This document shows, in pieces, positions 12,566 to 25,798 of a DNA stretch of 64,000 bases. Origin of the DNA: Lama guanicoe (Eukaryota). Made by a program: the position numbers and the translations under genes. The notes beneath the pieces were generated by a model. The model ran no database searches, was not told where the DNA came from, and worked only from the letters and a program-made list of their open reading frames with translations. The DNA is taken from NCBI GenBank assembly GCA_013239625.1, contig MU056000.1:8800970-8864969 (forward strand), read 5' to 3'. Every line of letters begins with the position of its first letter. Position 1 is the stretch's first letter.

Positions 12566-14111
12566 TATTTCTCCCGCATGTTCCTTTTTTAATATTCGGA
12601 AGGAAGCCCATATCAACAGTGATAACTCAGGATAATAATTTCCTTTCTCAGAGTAGAGATCAAGATTTTGTTCAGAGTGTGGAAGAAGTATTAGAGGACA
12701 TTTTTGCTTGGCAGATATCTAATTCAATTTTACCACTGAAATGAAACAATTATTTATCTTAAAATTCTCTTTTAATAGGTATAATTTATTCATTTTTTGT
12801 TAGAAAAATGTATAATACAGACTGCTATTAAGGTCTTAAAACTAGCAATTAAATATATGAGGACTTAATGAAAAATGTCCAGTGAAGGTTAATTCCCTTG
12901 GTTGCTCTTGTCTTCCATTTGTCTTTCTTGTAACTGCAACGCAGCCACCAAGGAGAACACGCCAGGAACAGAAAAGAAACAAATCCTGAACCAGGTCTGC
13001 TTTCCTCCATGAGGTTAAGGTATTCACAACATGTTCAAAGAGCTGTTTTCTTCATTTTCCTGTCACATCTTCATTTTACAAAGTGTATTTTTATTTCCCA
13101 TCATCATGAAATTTCCCACCATCATGAATAGACTGAAGCTTCCTGGAAATATTTTCTTTTCCCTGTTAAGAAAAGGTAAAAAATAACCTGTCCATTTTTA
13201 TTTACACTGTACCAAATAATATAATTCAAAGCATACACTGAATATAGATGATGAAAATATTTTAGTCATTCTAATCACTATAAAATAGAAGTTTTTAACT
13301 CTGAGTAGGGCTCTGTATGTAATATAGAGGAAAAAAGTTGACCAGATAACCATAAACTAAAATTACATTCCAACAGAGCATTCTAGTCTTTAAATAGCAT
13401 CACATCATTTTGAAATGATTTTCAGTGTCATTGAATTTGCACGTTTATAGTTTTGGATTAGCCTCTTTATGATTTAGCAGGACAAAGGCTTGCTAAGGAT
13501 AAATTTACTATTTAATGTTTTATTTGAATCTTTTTAGCTTATCATAACACTTAATAAAATGTATTTTTCCTAATGTTGTAAATGATGGAAAAAAATGTAG
13601 TGGCCGCACGTATCTCGCATACAGATATGGTGCGATTTGAATGGCACTTAGAAACAGCCTATGCATAGTGGTAAATAGAAAATGATTAAATCTCCTTAGA
13701 AATTTCAGCTTAAACTCTTAATGCAATCAGCAAATCCTAAATAAGAGTGCCCTATGCACAAATTATATTTAGTTATATTTATATTTTATTTTATTTATTT
13801 ATACAAATTATTTATATGCATTTATGTAAATGTATCTTAAAATACATTTACAAAACCAGTAACCGCTTTAGCACAATTTTTAAGTCTTGAAAAAGAGGCA
13901 TATTCAAACTCACCAATAAAATTGAGTTAGAATCTGGAAAATAAAAACGCGTATCCAGATGGAAAATGGAGTGTAAGGTTATGTTTATTTGTACATAAAC
14001 ATGTGGATTAAGTATGAGTCAGATAAGCAGTAAAACAGAAACTGGAGTATTCCCCACTTGTTAGTTTTCAGAATTCTGTTTTGACATTCATTTAGCCACT
14101 CTCTCTCTCTC

Positions 14112-14385
14112 TTTTTTTAAGCACCTTTATTGTGGTATGGTTCCTGTACACTAAACTACACATATTTCAATTGTACAATTTGATGAATTTTGATAGATGT
14201 ATACACCAATGAAACCACTACCACAATCAAGATAGCTAAGATTCCCATCAGTCCCCAAGAGGTGCAATTTTCAAACTCCCAGTTTATCCCTTCCCACCCC
14301 CTTTCCTCACTGGTAGCCATCATTTCATTCTCCATGTCTGTGAGTCTGTTTCTGCTTTGTAGGTAAGTCTGTTTTTGTTTTGCCA
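14112..14385 (-). mobile_element. Two abutting L1 3' fragments (older L1MB-like, then cetartiodactyl/camelid type)
   Basis: TGTACAATTTGATGAATTTTGA...CCACAATCAAGATA followed by TTTTCAAACTCCCAGTTTATCCCTTCCCACCCC...CTGTGAGTCTGTTTCTG. Confidence 0.8.
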
Positions 14386-14399
14386 CTGGCTTGGTTACC

Positions 14400-14770
14400 A
14401 CTGTCCCCCCGAGACATGATTAGTCTGATATCCTCAGCTGACCAGTCATCAGCACACTTCCTTGGGCTCAGTCTTTCCTTTAAAGTTAATTCATCTCATT
14501 CAGTTGTCTGTCCAAATTCACTTTAGCAGGACGGACTTCCGGGCGTTCTCTCTGAACTGTCAGCCCACCGCTTACTGCCCATGATGTTCCACACTAGTAC
14601 TTGCATCCACCTTGCACGTCACGCGTGGATTTGCCGACTTGAGCATCATCATCTTCCCACGCTGGAATGTCAGCGCTAGGACGGTCAGGGTTTTGTTTGG
14701 TTCTGTTCTGTTTCAGCACCTCAGGACCTGGTTGGCTGCTTGGTAAATGACCCTGGAATGAATGAATCCA
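14400..14770 (+). mobile_element. L2 3' end, GC-enriched
   Basis: Ends ...CAGCACCTCAGGACCTGG...GCTTGGTAAATG...GAATGAATGAAT, the canonical L2 tail. Confidence 0.65.
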
Positions 14771-15664
14771 TTTGTGGTTGAAAAAAGGATACAATTCCTT
14801 TCTCCTCTAGACGGTAAGCTTCATGCTACTAGAGCACCACATATAATCACACTTTTCCAATTAGCGATATACTGTCCACTTCCTCGCAGCACTGTCCCTG
14901 TGATGCTGCTGGATTCCAGTTTCAGCCCTAGCTCTCAGCCACCCATAGCCCCATGTGATCAGAGTCTTCTTTTCCTTGATAATGTTTTTCTGTTTCAAAG
15001 CCACTTCTACCACATATCCACTGAGATTTCACTGTGTCATCCTGTAAAATCTCTCCAGTCCGCTCAGACTCCCCTTCTAAACCTGCCCAACATGTCTGCA
15101 AGTTGTTCAAAGGGCCTCGGGGCTTTGCCCTTTTTGGTCTTGGAATTTCTCACCTATGTCTCCTCTGTGGTTCAGAGTTTATTCAGCTCCCACATCAAGA
15201 TTTTTAATGTACTCTCAGCTTCTGTGTCTAAACCTCTTCACTGAGGTAAATAAATATATTTTATGCCTTACTTTGGTATAATGTTCCAAAGACTCAGAAC
15301 ACTTATATGTGTGTTTTCCTATTTAGTTAAAAATAATGCATTTCATTAACTGGAAGTAACTCTTGTTATTCCTAATGACCATTCCCTTTGAGTTTTGTTT
15401 TGGGAAAAGGCACCCCTTTTCTGACTCTAATAGAAAACAGTTTTCCTCCTCCTTGTGACCCAGGGAAAGCCTCTTCTCAAAGGTGATAGATCCACCTTGA
15501 ATTCCCTAAAACATCCCACAATCATCTCCCCAAATACCGCATGCAAGTACCCCAGGTTAGGGTTCCTGTCTGAAATAGTCGATCATATTCTATCCCTAAT
15601 TTAATTTAACCTACATTGCGTGGGCCCTGTCATGTATGGATAACATATTTAAGAATTAGAGACA

Positions 15665-15890
15665 ATAATGGAATAAAAATACTTAAACATATACTGTATA
15701 CTCAGTAATGCCTGCTTCATGTGTCTCTAAAGAACTTCATAAATGTTATTCTACTTACTTTCACTAAAATATGTGGGCAATAATAACTTCACTGATGAGA
15801 TAAGTAAGGATAAAGGAATTAAGTAATTTCAAAGGGCAATTGGTTCTTAAGAGGTTAATTGAATCTAATTGCTCTTCTCCACTATGCTAA
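15665..15890 (-). mobile_element. MIR SINE (degenerate)
   Basis: ACTTCACTGATGAGATAAGTAAGG...AGGAATTAAGTAATTT...GCTCTTCTCCACTATGC. Confidence 0.55.
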
Positions 15891-16904
15891 TGAAACCTCT
15901 GCTTTCCTTCTCCTGAAGTTCATTCAATCACTGTAAATCTGAGTGCCTCGCCCTTGTGAGCTCACATTCTAATGAGTTGCCCCAGGAATCAGGAGAGATG
16001 TGTGTAAACAGAAAACCTCCGGGCAGACGATGACTAGCCTTGGCCTTGGCCTTGGATCTGCTTCTCCACTGTAAGACGTAAAGGTGCTAGAACACCTGCT
16101 CAAGTTTACTTTGCTATTTTTGAGAGGTTTCAGGGGGAGCAAAGCGAGTCCAACCATCTTTCTTGTAGGCATTGGTTCCACTCATCCACACTGGTTCCGA
16201 ATGGATGCATCCTGTCACACAGATTCCACTGGAGAGTTGTAAACCACCCCGGGTGAATCTAAAAAACATGCAAACTTCAAATTGAACGTGTGAGAAAGGG
16301 AAAGCACTCATTCTGAGTACTTGCCACCTGAGAGCAGACTTTTCAACAAAATCTTGCTTTTCTTGTTTGTCTTGGCAAAACATCATTTGCGCCACAGCTA
16401 GAAAGTTTAGCCAAGTTAATGCTTTGAATGATATTACTAGGAAAAATCCTCTCAGCAAACATATATACTTGTTTTCTTTTTCAGATACCATAAATTTGGG
16501 CAGCCAGCACTAAAAATGATCATTTGCAAACAGAATCGTCAATGGGACATTCATAATAGACAAAATATTTTAAATACACTAAGGTCCAAAAATAAGAGGT
16601 TGCTACTTTATGAAAAGGTTAGTCTAGCAGTTTGATTAAAATGAAAGAAAGAAATCTATACTCAAGACCTTTTATCCAGCCTGTAGATTGTGAGTTACCC
16701 TCCAATAACTCTAACAATCTTTTTTTAAGAGTTTGAATAATTAACTTCTTTACAAAGGAAACGTTAATAAATATATCTGACTAATATAACTGATCTATTA
16801 AATTAAACTTTTTATTATTTAGTCTATCTTTAGAATATTTAATACAGATAAGTTCAGGTGTAAGAATCACTTTGCTTCATTTAATTTGTAACTGAAGGGT
16901 TGGC

Positions 16905-17070
16905 TCATAAATTCAACAAACAATTTTTTACTTATTGCAAGGTGTCTGATTTTATGTTCAATCTCTAGAATATAATGAATAGTAAGAAGAGATACCTAAA
17001 CTCAAAATGCTTGAATTGTGATGGGAGAGAGAGATGAAAATCAACATGCAAAATAAACTGTTGAAGGTAT
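16905..17070 (-). mobile_element. L2 3' end fragment
   Basis: ATTCAACAAACAATTTTT... reverse L2 tail. Confidence 0.55.
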
Positions 17071-17977
17071 ATATCAGATTGGTCATGAGACTCTCTGCTT
17101 TAAGTTGAGTGTATTTGACTCCCAGTTATTTGGGACCTCATGAAAACAATATGTTAGCAAAGGAATACGCTTGGGTCCTGCATAATTGTGAACAGAGAAC
17201 CTGACTGTTTTAACGGTAGGTCTTGGTATGAGCACTAGTCTTCAATATCTAACTGTAGCAAGCAGAGACTCCTTCAGCTTGGGTTAATATCCAGAGATTT
17301 ATTCTTGAAAAGGACATGGTTTAGGCAACCAACAAACCATTAACATTACTCTTACACCCACTCACTGTTAATTTGTAGGGAAAGAGAACGTAGAACCCAG
17401 TTTCATTTGAATTTGACCCAGAGAGAAACCATCACATCACTCAATCTGCACTGTTTAGTGTACTTTGCTTAGGAAAGCTCATTGCAGCAAAGTCTCTGCA
17501 GAGAATCATCAACAGTACCTCCTTATCACAGGGCAATAATGAGATGAATGTGAAGACAGACGTTATATAATGGGGGAAAAATAGCGGTTAGTTACTGAAA
17601 GCAGTATGAGAAATCAGAGTTCACTTCAAGGGATAGAGGAAGAGGTCAAGAGTCTGTAAGTATCATGGGAGCGAAAGTAAAACTGTTTACAATTTTGGTT
17701 TGGTGGATTGTGAAGACAGTGCATGGACGATGAGCATAAATCATCTAAAAACACGGAGACCCGAGTGTGAAGCGTGCTTAGTTTCATTTCAGTCAGGTAC
17801 CAACTACCCACATACAACGTGAAAACAGACATGCCCCCCAAAGGTGGAAGAACTTAAAAGAAAGACGATGAAGTGAATCAGTTCTCTGTGCCTGATTTTT
17901 ATCTTCAGATCGAGTGTCTTCCAAGAGAGGGAAGCTACAGTCATTCTCTATTTGTTTATTCATATTTTATTAAAAAA

Positions 17978-18175
17978 TTTTTTGTTGATGTATAGTTGAT
18001 TTACAATGTTTCAGATGTATAACAAAGAGATTCAATTATACACATACATATATATTCTTCTTCAGATTCTTTTCCAGTGTAAGTTATTATAAGATATTGA
18101 TTATAGTTCCCTGTGCTGTACTGTAGGTCCTTGTTGTTCATCTGTTTTATGTAGAGTAGTGCGTATCTGTTAGTC
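17978..18175 (-). mobile_element. 5'-truncated cetartiodactyl-type L1 3' end
   Basis: T-run then GTATAGTTGATTTACAATGTT...AAGATATTGATTATAGTTCCCTGTGCT...GTAGGTCCTTGTTG. Confidence 0.9.
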
Positions 18176-19399
18176 ATCCTCTTTTGAACAGTAGAGTGGT
18201 TTTAGTGTCAGCAGCCAAGGTAATGTGTGGGAAGCAGTCTTCCCCCTGCCTGTCTCCTCTTTACTTACCCTCTTTAAACCTAGTACTGCTTACAGTCCCC
18301 CAGACTCCACCCCTCCCCACCCTCACAAGCATTCACATAAACCAGTTCGTGATGCCAAGTATCATCAGTAGCCACCAAATGAGAGACACTGAAGAAAAGC
18401 AATAATTAGCAAACACTTTCCTACCTTTGCCTGGGGAGGGACCCATCCTGCAAGAATGATCATGCAGAGCAGTGACCTGACCTATATACGGCCCTGGGTG
18501 TGCTCTGCGGGCCCTGGCATATTAAGAAGGAATCAAGCATTTTAAATGATAATAGAGATCATGGAATATTGTAAGAGCTTACTCATCTACAGAAATAGTT
18601 AATTTCTTTATGAGAAGGAAAGTGAAATTAAGAAACCAAGCTAAAGTAGAATAAAAGTGAGAATCCCTGTGGGGCAAAAGCTGAAGTAGACACCAGGTTA
18701 ATGCATGTGGCTCTTTTCTGTTTTAATTATATTCATCTAATCTTTACCCTCTATGGGGACCCAACATTTTTTTTTAAAGTGAGGATGAAATCCCAACTTT
18801 AGAAGGAAGCACTGGTTTTATTAGACATTAATCTTTTGCATTTTTTAGTGACTCTGTGTGATTTTTTTTTCTGAAAAATAGTAAGTCATTTTTTAAGACA
18901 TACAAATGCTTTTTAGCTGATACATAGGAATCTGTTTCTAAGAAGACAAATGATGTCATTTTTTTCGAAGTCTATGCTTACACAAATTTTTGCTTTCATT
19001 GATTCATGATCATGAGGAGTTTCTGGGAATAAAATTTCCTCAACTAAGTGCTGGTGGCATTTAAAGTATCTTGAGAATCCTGAGATTTTAGTCAACACTG
19101 TGGAAGAATTTCCCAAATTGGAGAAGAAATGGAGAGACCGTGGTCTACAGCATGTGTGTGGTCCTCTGGCTCTTCCTATCCCAGGATTGAATTAAATACG
19201 GGTTCATGGAGGCCACCCTTCTACATTCAAGTGTTACATGCTGCCTCCTCTTTTACCCACGTGAGGTTCATGTATTCTTAATTCGGTTTTTATTTTTAAA
19301 TTTACGTCACTAATACATTAGGCAATTAAAGCATGCAGATAATATAGAATCGTGGGTAATCCTCTCAACATAATTATGACTACCATTCAATAAATTTGA

Positions 19400-19580
19400 T
19401 TGAAGTCTCTGGCATATTATCTCATCTAAACTTTATGCCCATTTATAGATGAAAGAAATGGGATCTGGTGAAATTAATTAGTTTGCAATTTAACACAGCT
19501 AATTTAGGAAAAAACTAAAAATGCAGTTCAGAGAAGCCTTCATTTGAGCCTATTTATTTCACTCCCAGCCTATATGAGCT
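19400..19580 (-). mobile_element. MIR SINE
   Basis: TATGCCCATTTATAGATGAAAGAAATGGGATCTGGTGAAATTAA. Confidence 0.6.
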
Positions 19581-19924
19581 CTTTCAGTCTTATACCAAAC
19601 TTAAATTTTGATCTGCCTAATACTCTTGGAATATAAAGTATTTCAAAGACAGCAATGAACTCTGAGCTAAAGTGGAAAGAAAAGTTTTGGGATCTGAAGC
19701 AGTTAACAGACATTCAGGAAAGCTTTTCCATGTTCTAGTTATTTATCTGTCTCGCCATTTTTCATGCCCTGTGTGGACTGTTTGTTTTCCATGTGATAAT
19801 GAATAACTCACATAACCCTCAACAAAAGAAAAACCGCCTGCATATATATATGTACACACACACAGAGGCGCAGAGGCCCACACCACAGAGACATCCACAT
19901 GTTATCTCTATAAACTTGGTGGCC

Positions 19925-20420
19925 AGATGCCTACTGCTGCCTAGCAAACCAACAATAGCACGGATAGATGGTTGACTATAGTAGCTTTTTCTTAAAGAAA
20001 TACTAATTTGCTTATGAATCTTCAGTTTGGCCAGGGCTCAGCAGGGATGGCTTGTCTCTGCACGACGTTGACTGGGGTGGCTTTGCTGGGGGTGGAAGAG
20101 CCACTTCCTAGATGGTTGGCAGTTCAGTGTTGAAAGGGGACACCCCTGTCAGTCATGGCTGGAGGCGGGAGTATCAGCTCTTTTGTGCACGGAACTTGAA
20201 TGAGCATCTCCTTGGCTGCTTGGGCTTCTTCGCATCCTAGAGACTTGGTTTCAAGTGTGCACATCCCAGGAAAGCCAGACAGAAGCTTTATCAACCTTAA
20301 GACTCATCCTCAGATGTGCTGTGATTACACTGCAACTATAAAGCACCCGGATTCAAAGGGAAAGCATATAGACCCGCTTCTCCGTGGGATGAGTGATGCC
20401 TGCTGGGTGGTAGGAAGCAC
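19925..20420 (-). mobile_element. MaLR solo LTR (MLT1G/H-like)
   Basis: TGAATCTTCAGTTTGGCCAGGGCTCAGCAGGGATGGCTTGTCTCTGC...GGATTCAAAGGGAAAGCATATAGACCCGCTTCTC. Confidence 0.75.
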
Positions 20421-23400
20421 CTGCAAGTAAAATGAAACAAGAGCTTCCGCTGCCCATTCAGATTGGGCTTTAAATAAGGAAATAAGGAAGCGCGGCAGTT
20501 GCCCCAGACAACGTGAGATTGACTTTATGTTCAACTTGAGCACTCTGTAGTAAAATCAAGTTCTCCCTGGTTACACATCTAGAAGCGTGTATGTTTTAAG
20601 AGCATCTAGTTGTAAGCTGTAAGTCTTTATGCCCCCAACAGCGCACATGCTGCTTTTTGAAGGAATATGCCTGGTGGACTGTAAGAATTTTATTCCTCCA
20701 AATGTTACTTAAAATGATAACTTTTCTTTTCAGGACAACATTGAACTGATTTCATACTGATTTCATTATGCTCTGCTCAGCACCCGTCCCACTGCTTTGC
20801 ACACCTGGGTGCTTAGTAATGTGATTCGATGATGAATTCCTATTATAAAACCTTCATGGAATTCAAAAAAATTTTACTGTTTGATTTAGGTTACGGCATT
20901 TGACTAAAGTCTTTTTTTTCCCCTTTTATTCATTTAATAAATATTTATTGAGGATTCTCAAGATCAGAGTTTTTAATTATGGGCTTTGAGAGCAGAATAG
21001 AGGGAATTTAATAAATTCCTGATTTCTTTTTTGAAATTATATGAGGCCCAGGTCAGATACGTAATTTAAATCTGTTCATTCAACTGAAGTTTATATAAGG
21101 TTGTACATAAAGGCCATACCCTTGTCCTTTGAGAGAGGGGACAGTTATGTTTCTGTCACTTTGGCATATAAGACAATTACACAAATGGTCAATTCAGCAA
21201 GCACCGCTGAGCAAACAGCTAAATGTCTCCTATGAATATCCTTTTATCTCCATCTCAGGGAGTCTATTGTGTTTCTCTGATAATAGTTATGTTTTATGTG
21301 TGCATTTTTAAATTGTGAAATTCATGTTTCACATATACACTTAATTGTGATCCCTTGGACAGCATTAATTTTTCTTTCATTTATCTATATAAAATGGATT
21401 TGGGCAGGAAACTGAAACTAAGGTACTTATGAGAGAAAAGTTTTTGTGTACTTAAAAAAACACTCTGGTCACCATTTTAAAGACACGGTTTTCAATGTCA
21501 CATAGAGACCAGCCCCACAGAACCCACTGACAGTAGCATGACTGTTATAAATAATTCTCCTCAGTGGATGATTTTCTAAGCCACACACCTGGCTCCATGT
21601 AGCGTATGAACCTGAAAGCAATCTGCTTACATTTCTTTAGCTATAAATCGAATATGTCCATTCTCACCATCTCACTAAGACACTCACTTTTTCTCTACTC
21701 CCCAGCTCAGTGACACATTTTGAATTTCTAATGAAATTAAAGTGCGAACCTCACCCGTTTCCCCAGGGTCAACTTTTTTCATTTCGAAGGGGAGGTGTGT
21801 GCAGCAGATCTGCCCCAAATTGTGGGCCTGTCAGGAGCTGCGGGCACACACACTCTCCTCCCGGTGGACAGGGCAGGGGCTACGGGAGAGGCCATTCTGC
21901 CTCAGTGGGACTGAGTGACCTGGTCATTTATTTCACCTCAGCTGATAAGTTAGGAAGGATGGTAATGCCACCTGCAAGCCCAGTCTTTTTCTTCTCCAAC
22001 TAGAAAGTGTTAGTAAATGATACTTTATTGCTTATTTTCTTCTTCATGTCTTGTACAAAAAGAACATTATCCAGCGTATCTGGGCAGTGTAGGTACTGCT
22101 TCAGGGCAGTTCTGTGTCCTCTGTGACATGGGCACTGCTTTTTTTTACAGCCTCTAGGTCTTTTAGTGGGAGAATATTTACACAACTTGATATTAAGTGA
22201 GGTTATTAATATTCCTTTTCCTGGGTTGAAATGATTTCTCCCCTTAATTCAAATATAATTACTTTTTATTGCCACTCACTTGAATTACTCATCAGCTACC
22301 ATGAAGGTTCAAATCTGTTTGGTTTTGTAATGATCCACTTCAACCTGAAATGATGGGATGAGAGCCTGCATTTTATAGTTTAATTAATTTTTTCATAAAA
22401 TGGGTTAGTTACTGAAACTTGTGTTGCTGCTGTGGTAGGTTGAGTTGTCTACTGCTATAAGTCAACAATTTACATGAACTGACAGTTTCTCCTGCCTCTG
22501 ATGGAAACACATGGTCTTTGGAGAAATTAACCAGGTTGTTATTAGAGTCATAATTAAACTTGGGGGAAATGGGTGTCCTGACGTTTAATACCTGGGCAAC
22601 AGAGGTTCTTGTAATATTTAACCCTTATATTTGATAAATTATCATAATACTAAAAATTACTTGTAAAGCACAAGTTTGTTCATCTCTTTCTTCCTTTTTT
22701 GGGTCCACCTGTCTCTAAACTTTCCGTAATCCTTCCAGTGGATGAACTAATGATCCTATTGGTTTCAGCCTTTCTTACTGTCTGGCAGCAATCATATAGC
22801 ACCATCATCTGCATGAATTCCTTACGGTCAACACAGACGATTTTGAAATAATTGGCAATAAATCTACCAGACATCTAAATTACTTCCTAATGGTTTAGAA
22901 TTGAGAAGGAAACTATATCGACTCATTGACCTTGTGTAACTCCCAGAGATCTTTAGAATGATCTATTTGAAAACTGTTAATTCACTGTTACCAGGTAATA
23001 TCAGACAAAGCAAGTCATCTATCTCTGACTCAAAATAAAAAAAAGTATATTTAAAAATCCCACTCTTCCTTCCAAAGAGTAATTAATGTGTCAAAGTGTA
23101 AACTCATATTTGCTTTCATACAAGCTGTTTTCCTTAAACTGTCTAATGTTCTCTTATAAATAGTTACAACTTTTAAGGAATATGCTAATCCGTTTTCGTG
23201 TATGTATAAATTCTGTGTAAATAACTTATTGGACTAATTTTTCAATTTGTAACTTTTACACAACAATTACATTTTTTAACTACAATTTTTTGAAGGTGCA
23301 AACTAAGAGATTGCATTAGTTAGTGTTGTCATGAGGTGTAAATTTGAAGTTAATGTTCTAATTTGCTCTTAAAGAGTGAACAGCAAGTCAAACAATATTT

Positions 23401-23734
23401 TAGGATGTTACGGTTTCATCATTTATTTCTAACCCAAAATTAGAGTAGAAACTACAAAATAGAAGCAGACCAAGTATGTTCAATAGTTTTGTTTTTAATA
23501 GTATAACATATCTTTTTAACATTGTAAGTTTTCCTAAGAAATATCAATTTGGTAAAATAAGACCATCAATGGTGACTGAATGACTGATACTATTCTCTCT
23601 ACAATTTTTACATTAATATCACAAATTACAATATAAAACCACATAGCGAGATAAGTTTTAGAAAGAAGTGACCTGTGTTTTAGAGGAATATTGCAACATC
23701 TTAGAAGTAATGTGTTATCTTTTTTTTCTTTTAT

Positions 23735-24240
23735 TTGTCTTCTTTTGGTTGCCCTGTGTCAGGTATGGTTCAGATAACTTCACATATTAACTCTTTTTTT
23801 CTGTTTTTTTATTTTAAGTTGGAGTACAATCAATTTACAATGTTGTGTCAGTTTCTGTGTACAGCATACCGATTCAGTTATACATATGTATATATTCCTT
23901 ATCATATACTTTTCCACTATAGGCTCTTAAAAGATATTGAATATAGTTACTTGTGATATATAGCAGGACCTTGTTGTTTATCTATTTTATATATAGTAGT
24001 TAGTACCTGCAAATCCCAAACTCCCAATTTATCCTTCCACCTCTCCCTCCCCATCTCTACTCCCACTTAGCCCTGTGAGAGACAGACTTTGGTGATCACT
24101 ACATCAAAGATGAGGAAACCGAGATGGAGAAGGTCATTTGTTTGGTTGCTTGCTCAAGGTCTTGCAAGCTAGCAGCAAAAATGTGGTTTGAATCCATGCT
24201 ACCCAACTCCAGAGTCTCTGCTCCTCCCTGCTAAACAGGG
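23735..24240 (-). mobile_element. MIR SINE interrupted by L1
   Basis: CTGTGTCAGGTATGGTTC...TTCACATATTAACTC on the left; GCCCTGTGAG...AGATGAGGAAACCGAG...CTTGCTCAAGGTC...TTTGAATCCA...ACTCCAGAGTC on the right. Confidence 0.85.
23794..24052 (-). mobile_element. 5'-truncated cetartiodactyl/camelid L1 3' end
   Basis: T-rich tail, ATTTACAATGTTGTGTCAGTTTCTG...AAGATATTGAATATAGTT...CCCAAACTCCCAATTTATCC. Confidence 0.9.
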
Positions 24241-24474
24241 CCACTTCTCAAATTAATTACTGAGCCTCTAATTTTGATTATTCACAGGATGCAGGCTGCT
24301 CTTCAAGGATTTGTCACCTTGGTGGAAAGGTTATTTTCAATTGAGCAATCCAAAAAGAGCACCGGCAGGGGCTCTACTGTGTCAGAATTCCCAATGGCCA
24401 TCAGAATAAAACCTTATTCCTACATGGGTGTCTAAACATCACATCACAGAGACTACCACCAACAGTAAACACAA

Positions 24475-24760
24475 AATTCATTCATCTGCCTTTTAATTTA
24501 TTTGTTTAATATTTGAGATTTATTTACATAGAAGCTTTTAATTGCCCTTGTCTTGTTAGGAACTGCAGACATATTCAAGGATTTACCGTCTAGTGATAGT
24601 CATGGACTTGGGGATGAGGGTAGTTTATCCAGAAGAGGAGACAGAAAAGTGAAATGTTAGATTATGTAAGTAGCCAAGCAAAGGGGTAGGGACAGCATTT
24701 TAAGTGAAATAAACAGAGACTTGGAGACAAAACATTTAAGAGAAATTCTTTTCAGGGAGA
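24475..24760 (-). mobile_element. L2 fragment (degenerate)
   Basis: ATTCATTCAT tail and TTCAAGGATTTACCGTCTAGTG. Confidence 0.5.
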
Positions 24761-25440
24761 GGATGAAAAGTAATATAAGCAAAGGAGAAAACAAACACGT
24801 CAAGGAAATCTATAGGAGCTGCTTCTAGAAAGGAGCAATTTCTGAATCTCATGGTAGTGCAGCATTTCTTCATAATTTACTCAGAATTAACACTGACTGG
24901 AAAAGTGCATAAAATAGAAGTTCTAAATTGAAAATTTCTTTGAAAACTCATGAAATACATTTCGCCTGTATTTTACATGTACTACAGCATTATAAATCCA
25001 AGTTTGTTTTAAAAGGAAATTATATTTTGAATATTTTTCATTAAATAAGAGACATTTGGTTAATTATACTGAAATAAAGGCTAATTAATTCCAGGCATTC
25101 CTACAAGACCCACCAAAACCCAACAAAATGATGACAGATATTACAGAACATATCTTTAGTGGGAACATGGAATGATGCAACTCTTAAATGAAAACTACAG
25201 AGTAAACATAACAAATGAAGTGGAATGTGGATCAAGATGAAGAAGAAAGCTGAAAACTGACACAGACCCTCAGATCTTGAGGAGGAAGGACATTTCTTCA
25301 AGATTAAGTGTGTGAACCCCAGGAGTCTTCTCCTGTGATCCTGCATTAGGTCAATGAGACACCGAGTCTACGTGTGTGTCATGCAGGGACAGATCATGCA
25401 CTCGAGAGACCAAGTTGACAATGAATGAGATAGTAACTGC

Positions 25441-25535
25441 TCTTTGATAAGGGTGCCACGTATACGATGGGGAAAGGATAGTCCCTTCAACAAATTATGT
25501 TGGGAAAAATGGATATCCTTGGCAAAAGAATGGAA
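25441..25535 (+). mobile_element. L1 ORF2 fragment
   Basis: TCTTTGATAAGGGTGCCA...ATGGGGAAAGGATAGTCCCTTCAACAAATTATGTTGGGAAAAATGGATA, the FDK..WGKDSLFNKWCWENW region, disrupted. Confidence 0.85.
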
Positions 25536-25605
25536 GATTCTGATCACTTGATATTTTTCATAATCACTTTTTTCTTTAATGAAGGAGGAATCATTTAATC
25601 ACTAA

Positions 25606-25798
25606 TATTAGATTTCATTAACATTAGGAAATCATTAATTAGAAGGTGCACTGTTATTTTAAGCAGCACTAATGAAGAAAAATAAAGGAGACAAATAAAC
25701 TCTGACATATTATTAAGATGGTCTCAGCTATAAAGCCATTCTGATTTCAAAGAGCTTAGAATGTGGGAACTTAGGTGGCTTTAATTGATGCAACACTA
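25606..25798. mobile_element. MER104-like TcMar-Tc2 MITE
   Basis: GGTGCACTGTTATTTTAAGCAGCACTAATGAAGAAAAA...CTGATTTCAAAGAGCTTAGAATGTG resembles MER104 as recalled. Confidence 0.55.

Noticed and set aside
12670..12735. Possible minus-strand terminal exon (GKIELDICQAKMSSNTSSTL*)
   Set aside because: Only an acceptor-like site and a short unrecognised peptide; insufficient evidence.
13825..13852. 11-bp AT-rich inverted repeat TGTAAATGTAT/ATACATTTACA
   Set aside because: Short and in low-complexity AT-rich sequence; plausible by chance or quasi-palindrome correction.
14762..15244. 160-aa ORF
   Set aside because: Starts in the L2 tail (ATGAAT), resembles no protein I know and has no supporting gene structure.
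16114..16491. 125-aa minus-strand ORF with an internal possible acceptor
   Set aside because: No recognisable product in any frame.
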